Shown here piece by piece: positions 25,363 to 38,282 of a stretch of DNA of 64,000 nt; the stretch's first letter is position 1, and every line of letters starts with the position of its first letter. Below the pieces are notes generated by a model. The model ran no database searches and was not told where the DNA came from. It worked only from the letters and a program-made list of their open reading frames with translations. Source of the stretch: Mytilus edulis (lineage: Eukaryota); contig NC_092352.1 in the NCBI RefSeq assembly GCF_963676685.1, forward strand, positions 3,968,001 through 4,032,000, in the 5' to 3' direction. Made by a program: the position numbers and the translations under genes.

Positions 25363-27555
25363 GCATCAATTTGCATTATATTTATAACGATGCCTGAACA
25401 AAAATATGTTTCTGACAACTGTTTAAAGCTTTTATTAATTAAAAAAAAACCATTCAATTTATAGTCAGTTTAAATCAAACACAACTCTTCAATCTATGGT
25501 TCAGTTTTTTAAAAGCATCATTTCGAACTTTAATTACCACCAAATAACATTACACTACATTTTACGGACAATTAAAGACCATTTTCTATATTGTAAATTC
25601 GAAAAATGAACAAAATGTGTATATCTCATTCAGACCCTCCTACTTGAGATCATATGCTACTTAGGTATACAAAGTTGTATTGTTCGGTTTTTCTTATTGT
25701 TATTCTCCTCTTTTTCTTCCTTCCTCTTCCGCCAATTTTTAAAATGAACATGTCTGCACCAAAACCTCTTGTATGATTTACTTAAGGTTGCACGATATGT
25801 AAGAGTCATATGTCAAAAGTACAATCAGGGGTGTATTTGTGCATTCGGGTATAAAGAGAGGTTCTTTGGGGGCCAAAGGTAGACGGGTTTACTATACTTT
25901 TTTTCCTTTATTTTTCAAATTATCATATTTTTAAAACAGTTAGTGATAGACACAATATTTATAATTGATAAATAGAGTTAGTACCCAGGAGTCACTTATG
26001 CATATTACTTAACTGAAACAAATTTTTCTGCACTTTACCCAATGTCCGCCGACCTTGGGATAAAATGTGATTATTGAAACTTTGCTTGGGATAATTCGTA
26101 AAGTTCAGCACCTTTTGACAATAATTTATTGTCAGTTTTGTCCTCTTGGTTATCATGTATTTGAGAATGAACACAAGTTAATTCATCATCGTGACATTCC
26201 ATTGCAATTCAATTAAGGTTTCAATACGAATTTTGTCTTTTCAAATCAAAGTCTCCAAGAGAAAAGGTGAAGAAATCTAACATAAATTGGTATGTAAAAT
26301 CTTTAATTACTTTTTAGCTCACCTGGCCCGAAGGGCCGAGTGAGCTTTTCTCATCACTTTGCGTCCGGCGTCGTCCGGCGTTAACTTTTACAAAAATCTT
26401 CTCCTCTGAAACTGCTGGGCCAGATTTAACCAAACTTGGCCACAATTATCATGCAGGTATCTAGTTTAAAAAATTTGTGGCGTGAACCGGCCAACCAACC
26501 ACGATGGCCGTCATGGCTAAAAATAGAACATAGGGGGTAAAATGTAGATTTTGGCTTATAACTCTGATACCAAAGCATTTAGAGCAAATCTGACATGGGG
26601 TAAATAAAGTAGTATACCGCTGTTCAAACTCATAAATATATGGACAAAAAACAAAATCGGGGTAACAAACTAAATCTGAGGGAAACACACCAAACATAAG
26701 AGGAGAACAACGACACAACACTACAATGTAACACACACAGAAACGGATAAAATTGTTTCTCAGATGAAGATCTATCTGCCCTGAAATTTTCAGACAAATC
26801 TGACAACCAGTTGTTGGGTTGCTGCCCCTGAATTTGCAATTTTAAGGAAATTATACCGTTTTTTGGCTATTATCTTGAATATTATTATAGATAGAGATGA
26901 ACTGTAAACATCAATAATGTTCAGGAAAGTAAGATCTACAAAAAAGTGAATATAGCTAAAATGGTCAGTTGACCCCTTATGGAGTTATTGCCCTATGTAT
27001 TAATTTTTTACCAATTTTCGTAATTTTTTGTAATCTTTTACAAAAATCTTCTCCTCTTAAACTACTGGTCCAAGTTAAAAAGTTATTGTGAAACTGCCTA
27101 TTCTAGAGGTGGCGTGAATCAGATGTGGATACTTAAAAATTCCAAAGATCTTTTAGAGTACATACAATCTAACTCTCTTTCATCTTGTAACAGTATTAAA
27201 ACATTTGACTTCTCTACTCTTTACACAAGTATTCCACATTCCAAACTTAAAGACAAATTAAAAGAGTTGGTATTACTTTGCTTCATAAAAAAGAATGGCC
27301 AACGTAGATACAAGTATCTTGTCTTAGGGAGGGATAAATCCTACTTTGTAAAGAATCACTCTGATTCAAACAAAAAATTCTCTGAAACCGATATTATCAA
27401 GATGCTTGATTTCTTGATTGACAACATATTTGTTACGTTCGGAGGACGTGTTTTTCAACAGACTGTCGGCATACCAATGGGAACAAACTGTGCCCCTCTA
27501 CTTGCTGACTTGTTTCTTTATTATTATGAGGCTGACTTCATGCAGGAACTTCTTA

Positions 27556-28418
27556 ACATTTTGTTCATTTTTCGAATTTACAATATAGAAAATGGTCTTT
27601 AATTTCCTGTAATTAGTTAATACTTCAGCTTTATCATGTACATCTTTTGAATATTCATTTTATTAAATTTACTGTTTGCAAAAGTATAAATTACTCTAGA
27701 TTATAGGGATTTTCTGGTAACTTAACGGAAAACCCTTGCCGTTTTTGGCACAACCTTTTTGATCTTTTGGTCCTCGATGCTGTTCAACTTTGTACTCGTT
27801 TCGGCTTTCAAACTTTTGTATCTGTGCGTCACACATAGGTCTTGTGTGGACAAAATACACTTCTGGCGTATTAAAATTTTGAACTTGTTGCCTTTTGTTG
27901 GCTGTTGTTCGTGTGATTCTTTGTCAATTGTGTTCTCCAATTTATTTATATTGTAGTCCTGTGTTGTCATTTTGATGTTATATTTCACATGGCCATAAAA
28001 GTGCGAGGTTTGGCATGCCACAAAACCAGGTTCAACCCACCATTTTTTCCTTTAAAAATGCCCTGTACCAAGTCAGGAATATGGTCATTGTTATATTATA
28101 GTTCGTTTCTGTGTGTATTACATTATAACGTTGTGTCGTTTGTTTTCTCTTATTTTTGAGTGTAAATTCACATTGCGATAAGACGTGTCACGGTACTTGT
28201 CTATCCCAAATTCATGTATTTGGTTTTGATGTTATATATATATGTTATATTTGTTATTCTCGTGGGATTTTGTCTATATGTGTTACATTTTAGTGTTATG
28301 TCGTTGTTCTCCTCTTATATTTAATGCGTTTCCCTCGGTTTTAGTTTGTTATCCCGATTTTGTTTTTTGTCCATGGATTTATGAGTTTTGAACAGCGGTA
28401 TACTACTGTTGCCTTTAT
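27556..28418 (+). mobile_element. Non-autonomous retro-repeat inserted in the RT gene (degenerate hammerhead module, twister motif, tail)
   Basis: Interrupts ...GAACTTCTTA|GGAAGAAAG..., with TTA at both junctions (27553-27555, 28419-28421). Confidence 0.75.
27989..28088 (+). ncRNA. Twister-like motif, P5-type permutation
   Basis: Closing stem ATGGCCATA/TATGGTCAT; AAAAGTGC-GA-GGT; hairpin TGGCATGCCA; CAA-CCC-ACC; P3 ATTTTT/AAAAAT; CCTG-TACCAAGT-CAGG. Confidence 0.65.
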
Positions 28419-30272
28419 TTAGGAAGAAAGATAAGAAGTTAGCAATATCCTTTAACTCTACTTTCCGCTATATAGATGACGTTCTTTCACTAAACAATTC
28501 AAAATTTGGTGACTATGTGGAACGCATCTATCCCATCGAATTGGAGATAAAGGATACTACAGATACAGTTAAGTCAGCTTCATATCTTGACTTACATCTA
28601 GAAATTGACAATGAGGGTCGGTTGAAGACAAAACTTTACGACAAAAGAGATGATTTCAGCTTTCCAATTGTGAACTTTCCATTTCTAAGTAGCAACATTC
28701 CAGCAGCACCTGCATACGGGGTATATATCTCTCAATTGATACGATATTCCCGTGCTTGCATTTCCTATCATGATTTTCTTGATAGAGGGTTACTGCTCAC
28801 AAGGAAGCTATTAAATCAAGAGTTCCAAATGGTGAAGTTGAAATCATCCCTTCGTAAATTTTACGGACGCCATCACGAGTTGGTTGACCGTTATGGAATA
28901 ACCATTTCACAAATGATATCGGATATGTTCCTCACGTCGTAACTACAATCCCCTTCCCTTTCATGAATTTGACCTACCGAATTAGACTATTTACCGGATT
29001 TGTAATCACATAAGCAACACGACGGGTGCCGCATGTGGAGCAGGATCTGCTTACCCTTCCGGAGCACCTGAGATCACCCCTAGTTTTTGGTGGGGTTCGT
29101 GTTGTTTATTCTTTAGTTTTCTATGTTGTGTCATGTGTACTATTGTTTTTCTGTTTGTCTTTTTTATTTTTAGCCATGGCGTTGTCAGTTTGTTTTAGAT
29201 TTATGAGTTTGACTGTCCCTTTGGTATCTTTCGTCCCTCTTTTAAACCATACTTGGCCATAATCATCATTGAGGTATATTGTTTAAAAAATGTGTCCGGT
29301 GACCCTGCCAACCAACCAAGATGGTCGTCATGGCTAAAAATAGCACATAGGGGTAAAATGTAGATTTTGGCTTATAACTCTGAAACTAAAGCATTAAGAG
29401 CAATTCAGACATGGGGGTTAAATTGTTTTGAAAGTCATGATCTATTTGCCCTGACATTTACAGATGAATCCGACAACCGGTTGTTGGGTTGCTGCCCCTG
29501 AATTGGTAACTTTTAATAACTGATAATTTTCAGTAAATACAGTAAATTTAAAATACTGATAACCGATAACAGTAATTTCATTTATCTGACAGAAGACAGA
29601 AAACACTCAATTAAAAAAAAACTAAAAAAAAAAAACAGAAGTCAAGGACAATTAATTTCATAACAATGTCAATTTAAAAAACAACAGATAATAGCTTATT
29701 ATTCAATTATATGTAACAGTTAACATGACATGTATTTTCAACAGTTAACAAAAGTTAGAAAATGTTTTTAAACATCTTAACAGAAAAGATCGTGCCGCCT
29801 CCCTCATAAAAGTATTTCTATTGGAATTATCATAATAATTTCAAATGAGAGGGATCTTTTAATTATTTTTCGCAGTATTCCTATACATGGACTTAATGTA
29901 CTAACTGTTAATATAGAATGTCCTTGTCCTATATGAATCGGAAAAAATGAAAATAGGTATGCTACCAAAATAAAAATAATAATAATAACAAAACCCCATT
30001 ATTTCCTAACACAGATTTTCAAATATCTGTGTTCGTATTGACATTTGAAGACAGATATAATTAGTTATCAATAATTCCAGTATCTACTAGTATATCTTTA
30101 CTTATTAGAAAATATTCATCGATTCTTTAACTCACCTGATTGGTTTCCTAGGTAACGAATTCTTCGATATGTGATGTACCTGGTTGTAATGACAATCAAG
30201 TTAATAGATATATAGGTTAGTCACTTAGTCAGACGGAAAAACAATGTCAGTGCTGTTATATCCAGGAAAACT

Positions 30273-33200
30273 ATGAATACGAATTGTTTTTCTCCTTTTA
30301 TCTTTCTGTATTTTCTTCGGGAATCGGATAGCACAGGTAAGTCTGTAAATATTAAATAAAAAATATATGATTGTTATTTGAAGACATATAAAAAATTATT
30401 CTAAATGTTATTCGAAGAAGTAATCTGCTTGTTAAAGAATAATGGCAGATAAATACACGGAACTAATACCGTAACGTTAACTTCTTTAAAATGTCTGCGA
30501 AGACATAGCGCTTAAACTAGCCAGTTATGGAAAAAATACGTCAAGCGCATATGAAACCGCATTGTACTTCAAAGATACACGACCAAGGAAATAGTTATAC
30601 CTCGTTTTTAAGCCGTGAAATTGTCGATTGCAGGTATGATGATAATATGCACGTGTCAAGGAATGAGTGAGAAGGTGAAGACTCAAGTATTATATTACAT
30701 TGGCACACATTTTGACCTTTCTTCTGTTGATTACTGCCTTGAGAAGAGAAAATCACAGATTTTAATTTAACAATATTGGTTCACCATTTGCATTTTCATT
30801 AATGTCAAATTGCGATGGACGTTATGATCAAAGGATATACATATCTTCTGAATAAAATGGATGGTAAAATATCCGTTTACAACAAAACTTATTTTGACAC
30901 CTTATTATTGATACACATTGTTACAAACATTTGATTTTTAATAGAAAGAGGAGAAGGAAGATAACAAGGGGCAATCGTTAAAAAGAAAAAAAAAACAAAC
31001 ATCCAACACATTCTGTTGTTATCTTTATTTCAAGTTCTTGAAGATAGAGCAGTTAACATGATCAACAAATTTTGAATTATTCAACGAAAAAACTCTTTAT
31101 ATTTATACTAGAAACTGAAGTCAAAAGATAATGTCAGGTTTTTATTTTCTTTTTTTAGAAGTTCTCGTATTTAGTCAACCTCGTAAGAATTAAAACCATG
31201 TCAACAAGAAAAGGGACACCTATGTAACCCATATGAATGTCGACTAACTATTGGTATACACGTCATTTAAACGTAAAAAAACAATGTTTTTAAAAACAAA
31301 ACTAGAATTTTTATGTTGTCAGTTTAAGTGAACACACCATTTTCTAGCATGGTAACGGTCTTTTTGACATATATATTCGAGTTAGATGACAGGAATTACA
31401 TTCGGAAATAATTGAAAAAAATCTTCTCTGGTAATGACTAATAAAAATGAGGATAACTTACTTCACTGATCATTCTATATAGCTTAAGAGGTTCCACGAG
31501 AAGAATCAATAAGTTTGCTCTAGTAGTCGGAAAAAACAACATTAAAAACAGGTCTCCTAGTTATTATGAATAGAAAAAAAGCATCAATAAAAACAACATA
31601 ATTTTATTTGTAGGTACCTGTAATTCAGATACTTTACCAGGTAATCTATTTTGATTTTATCACTTATATTGTATATTGTATATTTCTTACATTTTTTTTC
31701 ATAAATAAATAAATAAAAATATGTGTTGTGTACGATGATGAGAAAACGACCTAACAACACGTTTAGATAAAGAAATATTATCATTTAAACACTTATTTTT
31801 ACAACAAAAACAAATTATGATTTTTTTTATTTGAGCAAACGATGAAATCTACACGATTTACGAATATTTTACTCAAAATATTTGTAAATTCAATCAAGTT
31901 TACCATAAATGTTTCTACCAGATTTAATAAAGTCAGAATTATAAAACTTGACTGGCCAAAAAAATAACCGAAATAATGAGTAGTAATATTAAATGTTTAT
32001 TTTACATTTAGTTGTTCGAATGTGTATGGGTGGAGCAGCTATAGGTCAATCAATATTGATGGATTTCACGGATGCAGATTTATATAACTTCCCTACATGT
32101 GCGTGTGACGTAATAATTAACGGTGGAAATGCTCTGTCCTTTAGCCAGATATACGCTCCAGGATACATACAGTGTGGAACTTCTATTACTATAAAAGATA
32201 ACACTGGAGATATACGTTATATTGTGAATTGTTCAGGACAGACAATGGTAAACAACTTAAAAAAAGGTGATAATATCGAAGTCATCCTGAAGCGTCATTT
32301 TAATGATGCTGATGCCAAATACTGCTATCGATTAGATATCTGTAAGTGATACTTATATCCAGAGTTTAAAAAGATAAACAATACACGTAAATGTGCTCTT
32401 GTATGGTAAATGATGACGCAAAACGCCAATGATATGGTATATCACTATTCTAAATATTACATAGGGCTCTAGGTGTATTGGTATATTGAATATTCGAGGG
32501 TGGTATGTAATTAAGGGTCTATATTAAAAGGGGTTATTTATCGGCATGGGATAAATCAGAGGGTTGTTATGTTAAAAATGTTTTTTTTATATGAAAGTTC
32601 TTTCTATAGGTATTCATCAGAGTGTCGAATGTCGTCATGTGGTATTTCAGAGATGGTTTATCGGTACGGTTTATCAAAGAGATTGGATTATCAGCTTTTG
32701 GTATATTGATATGAAGTGTGGTATATCGGTATATTGTTTATCGATGTATAGATTATCATATTTTTTGGTTAAATAGTAATTTTTCTATCTTGCCTGTTTA
32801 TATGATAATTTGTTAGAACCAGTATTGATTATATTTCAGCTGGAACCAAATCCCCCTCGATCCAAGTGAGCTGTCAGAAGCATACAACATCCACAACAAC
32901 TACCACAACCACTACAACCACCGTCGCCACAACAGACGGCAAACTAACAACTGGGCTGACTTCATCAGAATATAACATTTCTGATAATACATCGGCATAC
33001 AGACATAACCAAGATAAGTTACACGAGAACTGTCAACAAACAACAGGTCAGAGTTCATTCCATAACTCACCACAGGACCAATAAAATACACATTCTTTTA
33101 ATGAAAGTTGATTTTGATCGGTAATAAATTAAAAAGTATTTATCTTTTTCATTTGTCGATTTAGTTTGTACAATGACAAAGTAACATGAAAAATGAAAAT

Positions 33201-34844
33201 ATTAAAAACAACCAACAAAAAAACCCAAAATTACCGAAAACCTCACCTGAGCACATGTGCTTGTATTAATTTATAGTGCAACCTGATATTAAATAATAAT
33301 TCAATTTATTTAATTAAATATCAGACAGTCTTCAAAGATTTATCATGCACTTCTATTGAGGTCTATCACAGTAATTACAATTGCATATGCATAAGGAAAT
33401 ATCACGTGACATAGAAACTGCATCTTTCGTAAATGTTGCAATAATGGTAAACCAAAAAAATCCCAGTATACTTTTTTTCAGTGTCGGATCCAAAAGGGGG
33501 GTTCCGGGGGGTTAGAATCTCCCTTTTTTGGACGATCAATGCATTTGAATAAGGACTTGTGGCTGGAACCCCCTCCTTTTTCAAATGGCTGAATCCGCCA
33601 ATGTTATTATTTATGTAATAACATATTTAAATCAAAGTTAACATTTATTGATGAATTAAATATTTTCATATTCTGCTTAAATATTGTATAGCTGAAATAC
33701 GGAAGCATTATTTCTAATACCGGAAGATCAAACATATTTTTCTTAGAAAATACTCGTTATTCATTTTTGTCCTCAACGTCCGTATAACTTTCTGTGTTAT
33801 TTCCTTTCATTATATAAAAGCATGATATCATAAACTACATGTATTTTGTATATCTTTTAGTGGTTATATTGGCGTCTTTGTTTGGAGTCTGTTTGATTTA
33901 CTGTGTTGCCATTACCATATATATCATAAGAAGGTAAGAAATGAATGTCACCATATAAATTATACTCAACTTAACTATCCTGGCTAATTCTGCAAATTGA
34001 TTGGTTACCTTGAGAGGGTATCTTGACTCATCTATTACGTAGATCATAGCCACTATTAAAATTGTATACATTAAACGCGAGTTCCGTCTGCAAAAGACTC
34101 ATCAATGACCGCGATCGTAGCAAACAAATAATATAGGGTCAGATAAAGTACAGGCGTAGTTAAGGATCAATAATTCCATAAGCTTTTTCCAGATACATTT
34201 TATATCCTAATAAGTTATATACACGTTCATTTCCGTAGATATGGGTATTTTAGTAATTTAAGTACCCCAGGTCTTATTTCGTATCGGGCGATTGTTAGGG
34301 AAATTCAGACAAAAAGTGTCCCACATGAGAACAACTTCATTTTTAATTATCTAATTTTTTTTTTAATTGAAATTTGGAAATTTGACATACTTTTTACAGT
34401 GGAACCCTACAGGCAGTCAAATATTATTTTTATAAATATAAGAAGTTTTTAATCGCGAAACAAAAAAAACTAAAATAAATCATTTATTACTCAGACCATC
34501 AACCGTGAAATTGATGTCAGAGGTCATTAAAAGTTTACAATTAACATATTGGTGATACGTCATATCAATTTAGTATTCTTTCTTTCAGGGGACAACCAAA
34601 ACCAGCTGTAGACGGATGTATTGACAGACATCAGGATGGTGACGACATTTATGAAGAAATTCGACCAACCTATATCTCACCGAATAATATTCCTATTTAT
34701 AATCCTTCAACACGGCCATTACCGAATCCAAACACAAGTCAGACAAAATTAAGAAAAACGCCTCTTCCGTCACATACGAATAATACGTACGACCGAGCGG
34801 AAGAAAAAATTGGACAGACTATTTATGTTAATCACAGATTTTAA
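30273..34844 (+). CDS. Gene C: type-I membrane protein; Cys-containing orphan ectodomain, poly-Thr mucin stalk, TM, Tyr/Pro tail (~309 aa)
   Basis: Five GT-AG exons in phase: 30273-30336, 32012-32341 (RMCMG...TCACDV...QCG...VNC...KYCYRL), 32840-33046 (VSC + Thr run), 33861-33933 (TM VVILASLFGVCLIYCVAITIYIIRR), 34589-34844 (DIYEEI, YISP, YNPS, RPLP, YDRA, IYVNH). Total 930 nt, open frame. The signal peptide is only moderately hydrophobic. Confidence 0.82.
33479..33603. mobile_element. Short G/C-run MITE related to 40351-40518, in intron 3 of gene C
   Basis: Ends CAGTGTCGGATCC / GAATCCGCCAATG; flanks TTTTT / TTATT. Confidence 0.6.
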
Positions 34845-36869
34845 TACCATATTTACGAACGCTCAGTTGTTTATCAGCACGTTATTGAAATTACATCAAT
34901 TATGCAGATGATATAACATCCTACTTTTATACGTTACGTGTATTGTGTTCTTTTAATTCAAAATTTACATTTAAGGTATGATAAAGAGATAGAGGATGAC
35001 GAAGTCTTTATTGGTCATACAGTAGAAGGAATGGTAATTCCGCTCGTTTGGTCCCTTGAAATAAAAAAGCTTGAAGTAATTTTAATCTATTCAAGAACAT
35101 GATTCAGAAATTCACAAGGCATTAGTCTATCAGATTCTGAATTGTGTAAGGCCTTTATAGGACATTTACCCATACCTAATTGAACCGAAACTATGTGTTA
35201 AACGATCTGTATAGGTATATACTTCATATCAACATGACGTCAGAGAAATATCACAATTAACGTTTCTGAAATGAAGTATCCAGATTTTGTTTCCTATTCA
35301 TTTATCCGTAACAATAACGAAATTCTGAAATAATAGACGTATTTGGCTTTCTAGGTGCAAAATAGTGACTATTTCCAAACTTCCTCTTTTCAGTGAAATC
35401 GAAAAATGTGTTTTGAACAAAATATTCATTTGAATGATGAAGAAGTCAGATTTTTTTAGTATTGATATCGACCCCCCCCCCCCTTTCCACAGTCATACTG
35501 TTATGAGGACAAGGTGTGCAATATATCTCAAACACATTGGATAGCGCTAACATTTAATACCAACATTTTTACAATTGCCAATTGTTGGAGCGACCACGAA
35601 GAACATTGTTATTCTATGTGTTTTGTGTAATTTTTGGGGTTGAAGGATTTGTTGTACTATCATGTTTTTTTTTATAACATACTGTAGACAAAAACAAACA
35701 TGACAAACTCGATAATGCATCACTAAAACAAAACCGTTTAAAATACCTTTTTTTGCAGATGAATTTGTGGTAGGAATATTTGTCTTTCGGTCTTAATAGA
35801 TAGTTGTCTCATTTGTAATCATATACATCATACCATATCTCTTCAATTGTATATGCTTCGTACTTCCCTGTGCTTTCGTGATATAATAGATCTTATAGTT
35901 TTTAAATCCGAGTTATATTGTAATTGTTATAAATTAGTCCATATAAGAAAAACTGTCATCATTATTAATTCCACAACCAACATTTAACTCTGAGCGAAAC
36001 ATTATGATGTATCTATAGATGGTATAAATGGATCACGACGGTCACGGTCATGCGTGTTGCTTACACATTATTTTTTTTTAATATATGAAGACTATAAGTC
36101 TAATTATGTAACATCTTACTTGCAGAATAAACATGCATGTACACATCAATTTAATATTTTGGATCGTTTATTATTCACCTTTATTATCGTCTCCTTTAAC
36201 ATTAATTTTTCATAACTAAATTTTACCATGTTATCATTTGAAATTGTCTTTCAAAATTTGTTTTATTTAAAGGAAATATTTCTGATTCAGTACTTCTTCA
36301 TCATGGTACCTTTGGAGCAATTTATTTGTGAAGGAGCACGTTCCTCGTATTAAGGTCTTTATATTGTAAACATGCATTTGCGTAGCATATCACCTTAGAT
36401 ATTTAAAATAAAATCATTAAAAAGTAAAAAAATAAATAAATAAAGAACTCCGAGGAAAATTAGCAAAATCAACATCTGAAACACCTGAAACGAATTGATA
36501 ACTTACTAAGCTCACAAAGTTGTACGCTAGACGCGAGTTAAGTCTACAAAATATTCATCAGTGGCGCTGGAACTAATACGTCATTTGATAAAGCAATGAG
36601 GATGTTACTGCTGAGAAATTGGTACGTTTAATTCATCACGTTTTTAAAAGATTCCAGTTTGGAGTTGTTTATTTGCATCAATACTAATACAAATATTCAG
36701 ACATAAATGGTTTACTTTAACAAATTGTGACGTCTAATTGGCACCCATATTGCATCTTCTAATATCTATAATGTAGACCATTAGTTATCGATAATATCCT
36801 TCATTTAAATTCATCATATGATATATGAGCATCTAGTGAAGTAACATTAGTTCCGCTGATATAATGACA

Positions 36870-37760
36870 TGGGAGTATGCATAGGAATGTAGGCTATTGA
36901 GTGACAGAACATCATATTTCTGAAAGTGAAATAAAAGAACAACTAATACTTTTTGCTTTTGAGACATTAAAGAACCAACAGACACGGCTTCCTCCGCCTC
37001 ATTTTAGACATACCTCGAATTTGACATACACAGTCATCGTACCAGAATCTATGATAAACGAGACGATTTTAATTTTGAAATGATCAATTTCCCTCACCTT
37101 TGTAGTAGCAATATACCAACTTCATCTGGATATGGGTTTACTTTCACAACTTATTCGGTTTTCAGAGCTTGCAGCTCCTACTCAGACTTTGGAAAATGTC
37201 ACCAGTTTGTAAGAAGAAACTTGATAAACCATGGGTATGTCAAAGAACGTCTCGTCCTTTTTCTAAAAAAGTTCATCGGAAGGTAGCAAGACCTTGTTGA
37301 TAAATATTCCGTAACAACTTCAGAAATACTACACGATGGTCATGAAGTATATATTCTTGGTATTGACGTTGTTTGTCATCTTAATAACGTGTTGTTATTC
37401 TTTTATTTGTCTTTATTGATATTACTTTTAATGTTAAGTCTGGGTTTTTTTTGTGTTATTCATTTGACGTGGCTCTGTACTTATATATCCCGTCAATGTA
37501 TTATTGTTCTATGATTTCTTTTGTTGTTTTTCATTTTTTTGCTAATATGCTTTTTCTGTATGTCTTTTGTGTTTCTTGGTTAAATATGACGTGGCTTTGT
37601 ATATATACATCCCGCCATTGTGTTATTGTGTCATGGTAAATGTTTGTTATATATCTGTTTGTTTTAAAGTGATTAAGATAATACAACATTGACTGATATA
37701 CCCCTATTTTTGACATTTATACTTATTATGTATGTTTGTTTGTTCATACATCGTAGTAAA
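36870..37760 (+). mobile_element. PLE family 2 degenerate RT C-terminus plus 3' UTR
   Basis: Frameshifted RIYDKRDDFNFEMINFPHL.SSNIPTS...YSVFRACSSYSDF...LKKFIGR. The UTR at ~37450-37760 matches ~22660-22855, which continues into the twister motif. Confidence 0.75.
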
Positions 37761-38282
37761 TCGCTGTTCAAGATGTGAAACAAACGGTTTGATTAATTTG
37801 AACGCTCAAAATTTTCTTTTCGATTACTGAAAAATTTTCAAGAAAGTTCCAAACCCAGAATTACACACGAAAAATCGTTCAGGGAAGGGTCAAAGTATGG
37901 ATCGTTATTACGCAGATATGGCAAAGTACACAAAATACCGATTTTTAAGTTGCAAGCTGGTTCAAAGCCCAATTTCATTTGATCTATAGAACTTTTTTTA
38001 ATATAGTATAACATATTAATCAGTAAATCTCTATAGCGGTTAAGTGTGAAGACATCATGAGCAGTCAGAAAAAAAGTATAACCTTTTCAATGTCAAAACA
38101 TAAGTATCGACAGATTGTAGGAACATTATGGTTAATAACTGGATAGTTTGTTAACTGGATACTAATAGTTTAGTAATGTGATAAATCATTAAATAAATTA
38201 TTGTTCTCAATATAAGTACATTTAAGACACAATTCTAAGATCAAACTACAAATTCAAGAAGGCGAAATATACCAAACCGAGA

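Larger units (their letters stand above)
27079..29243 (+). mobile_element. PLE family 1 reverse transcriptase (5'-truncated) plus 3' UTR, split by an insertion
   Basis: 27114-27555 carries TFDFSTLYT and QTVGIPMGTNCAPLLADLFL. 28421-28942 carries FRYIDD, SYLDL and YDKRDDF...SQLIRY, then stops with no C-terminal GIY-YIG. Confidence 0.9.
26311..29510 (+). mobile_element. Non-autonomous Helentron-type (HINE/pearl-like) element, interrupted by nested insertions
   Basis: Starts TTTTTAGCTCACCTGGCCCGAAGGGCCGAGTGAGCT (sub-terminal IR/hairpin), followed by a CGTC microsatellite. Its internal tandem unit (TTTTACAAAAATCTTCTCCTCT...) resumes at 29243 after the RT insertion. The 3' end is not seen. Confidence 0.7.

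Noticed and set aside
28960-29010. Possible SECIS (ATGA...AA...GA) in the PLE 3' UTR
   Set aside because: The flanking helices do not pair convincingly, and the segment is partly deleted in the 800-2219 copy.
29024-29096. HDV-like ribozyme fit for the structured UTR
   Set aside because: P3/L3, P1.1 and the J4/2 catalytic C could not be placed.
30244-30276. Upstream ATG for gene C
   Set aside because: It is out of frame and stops after 10 codons; at most a uORF.
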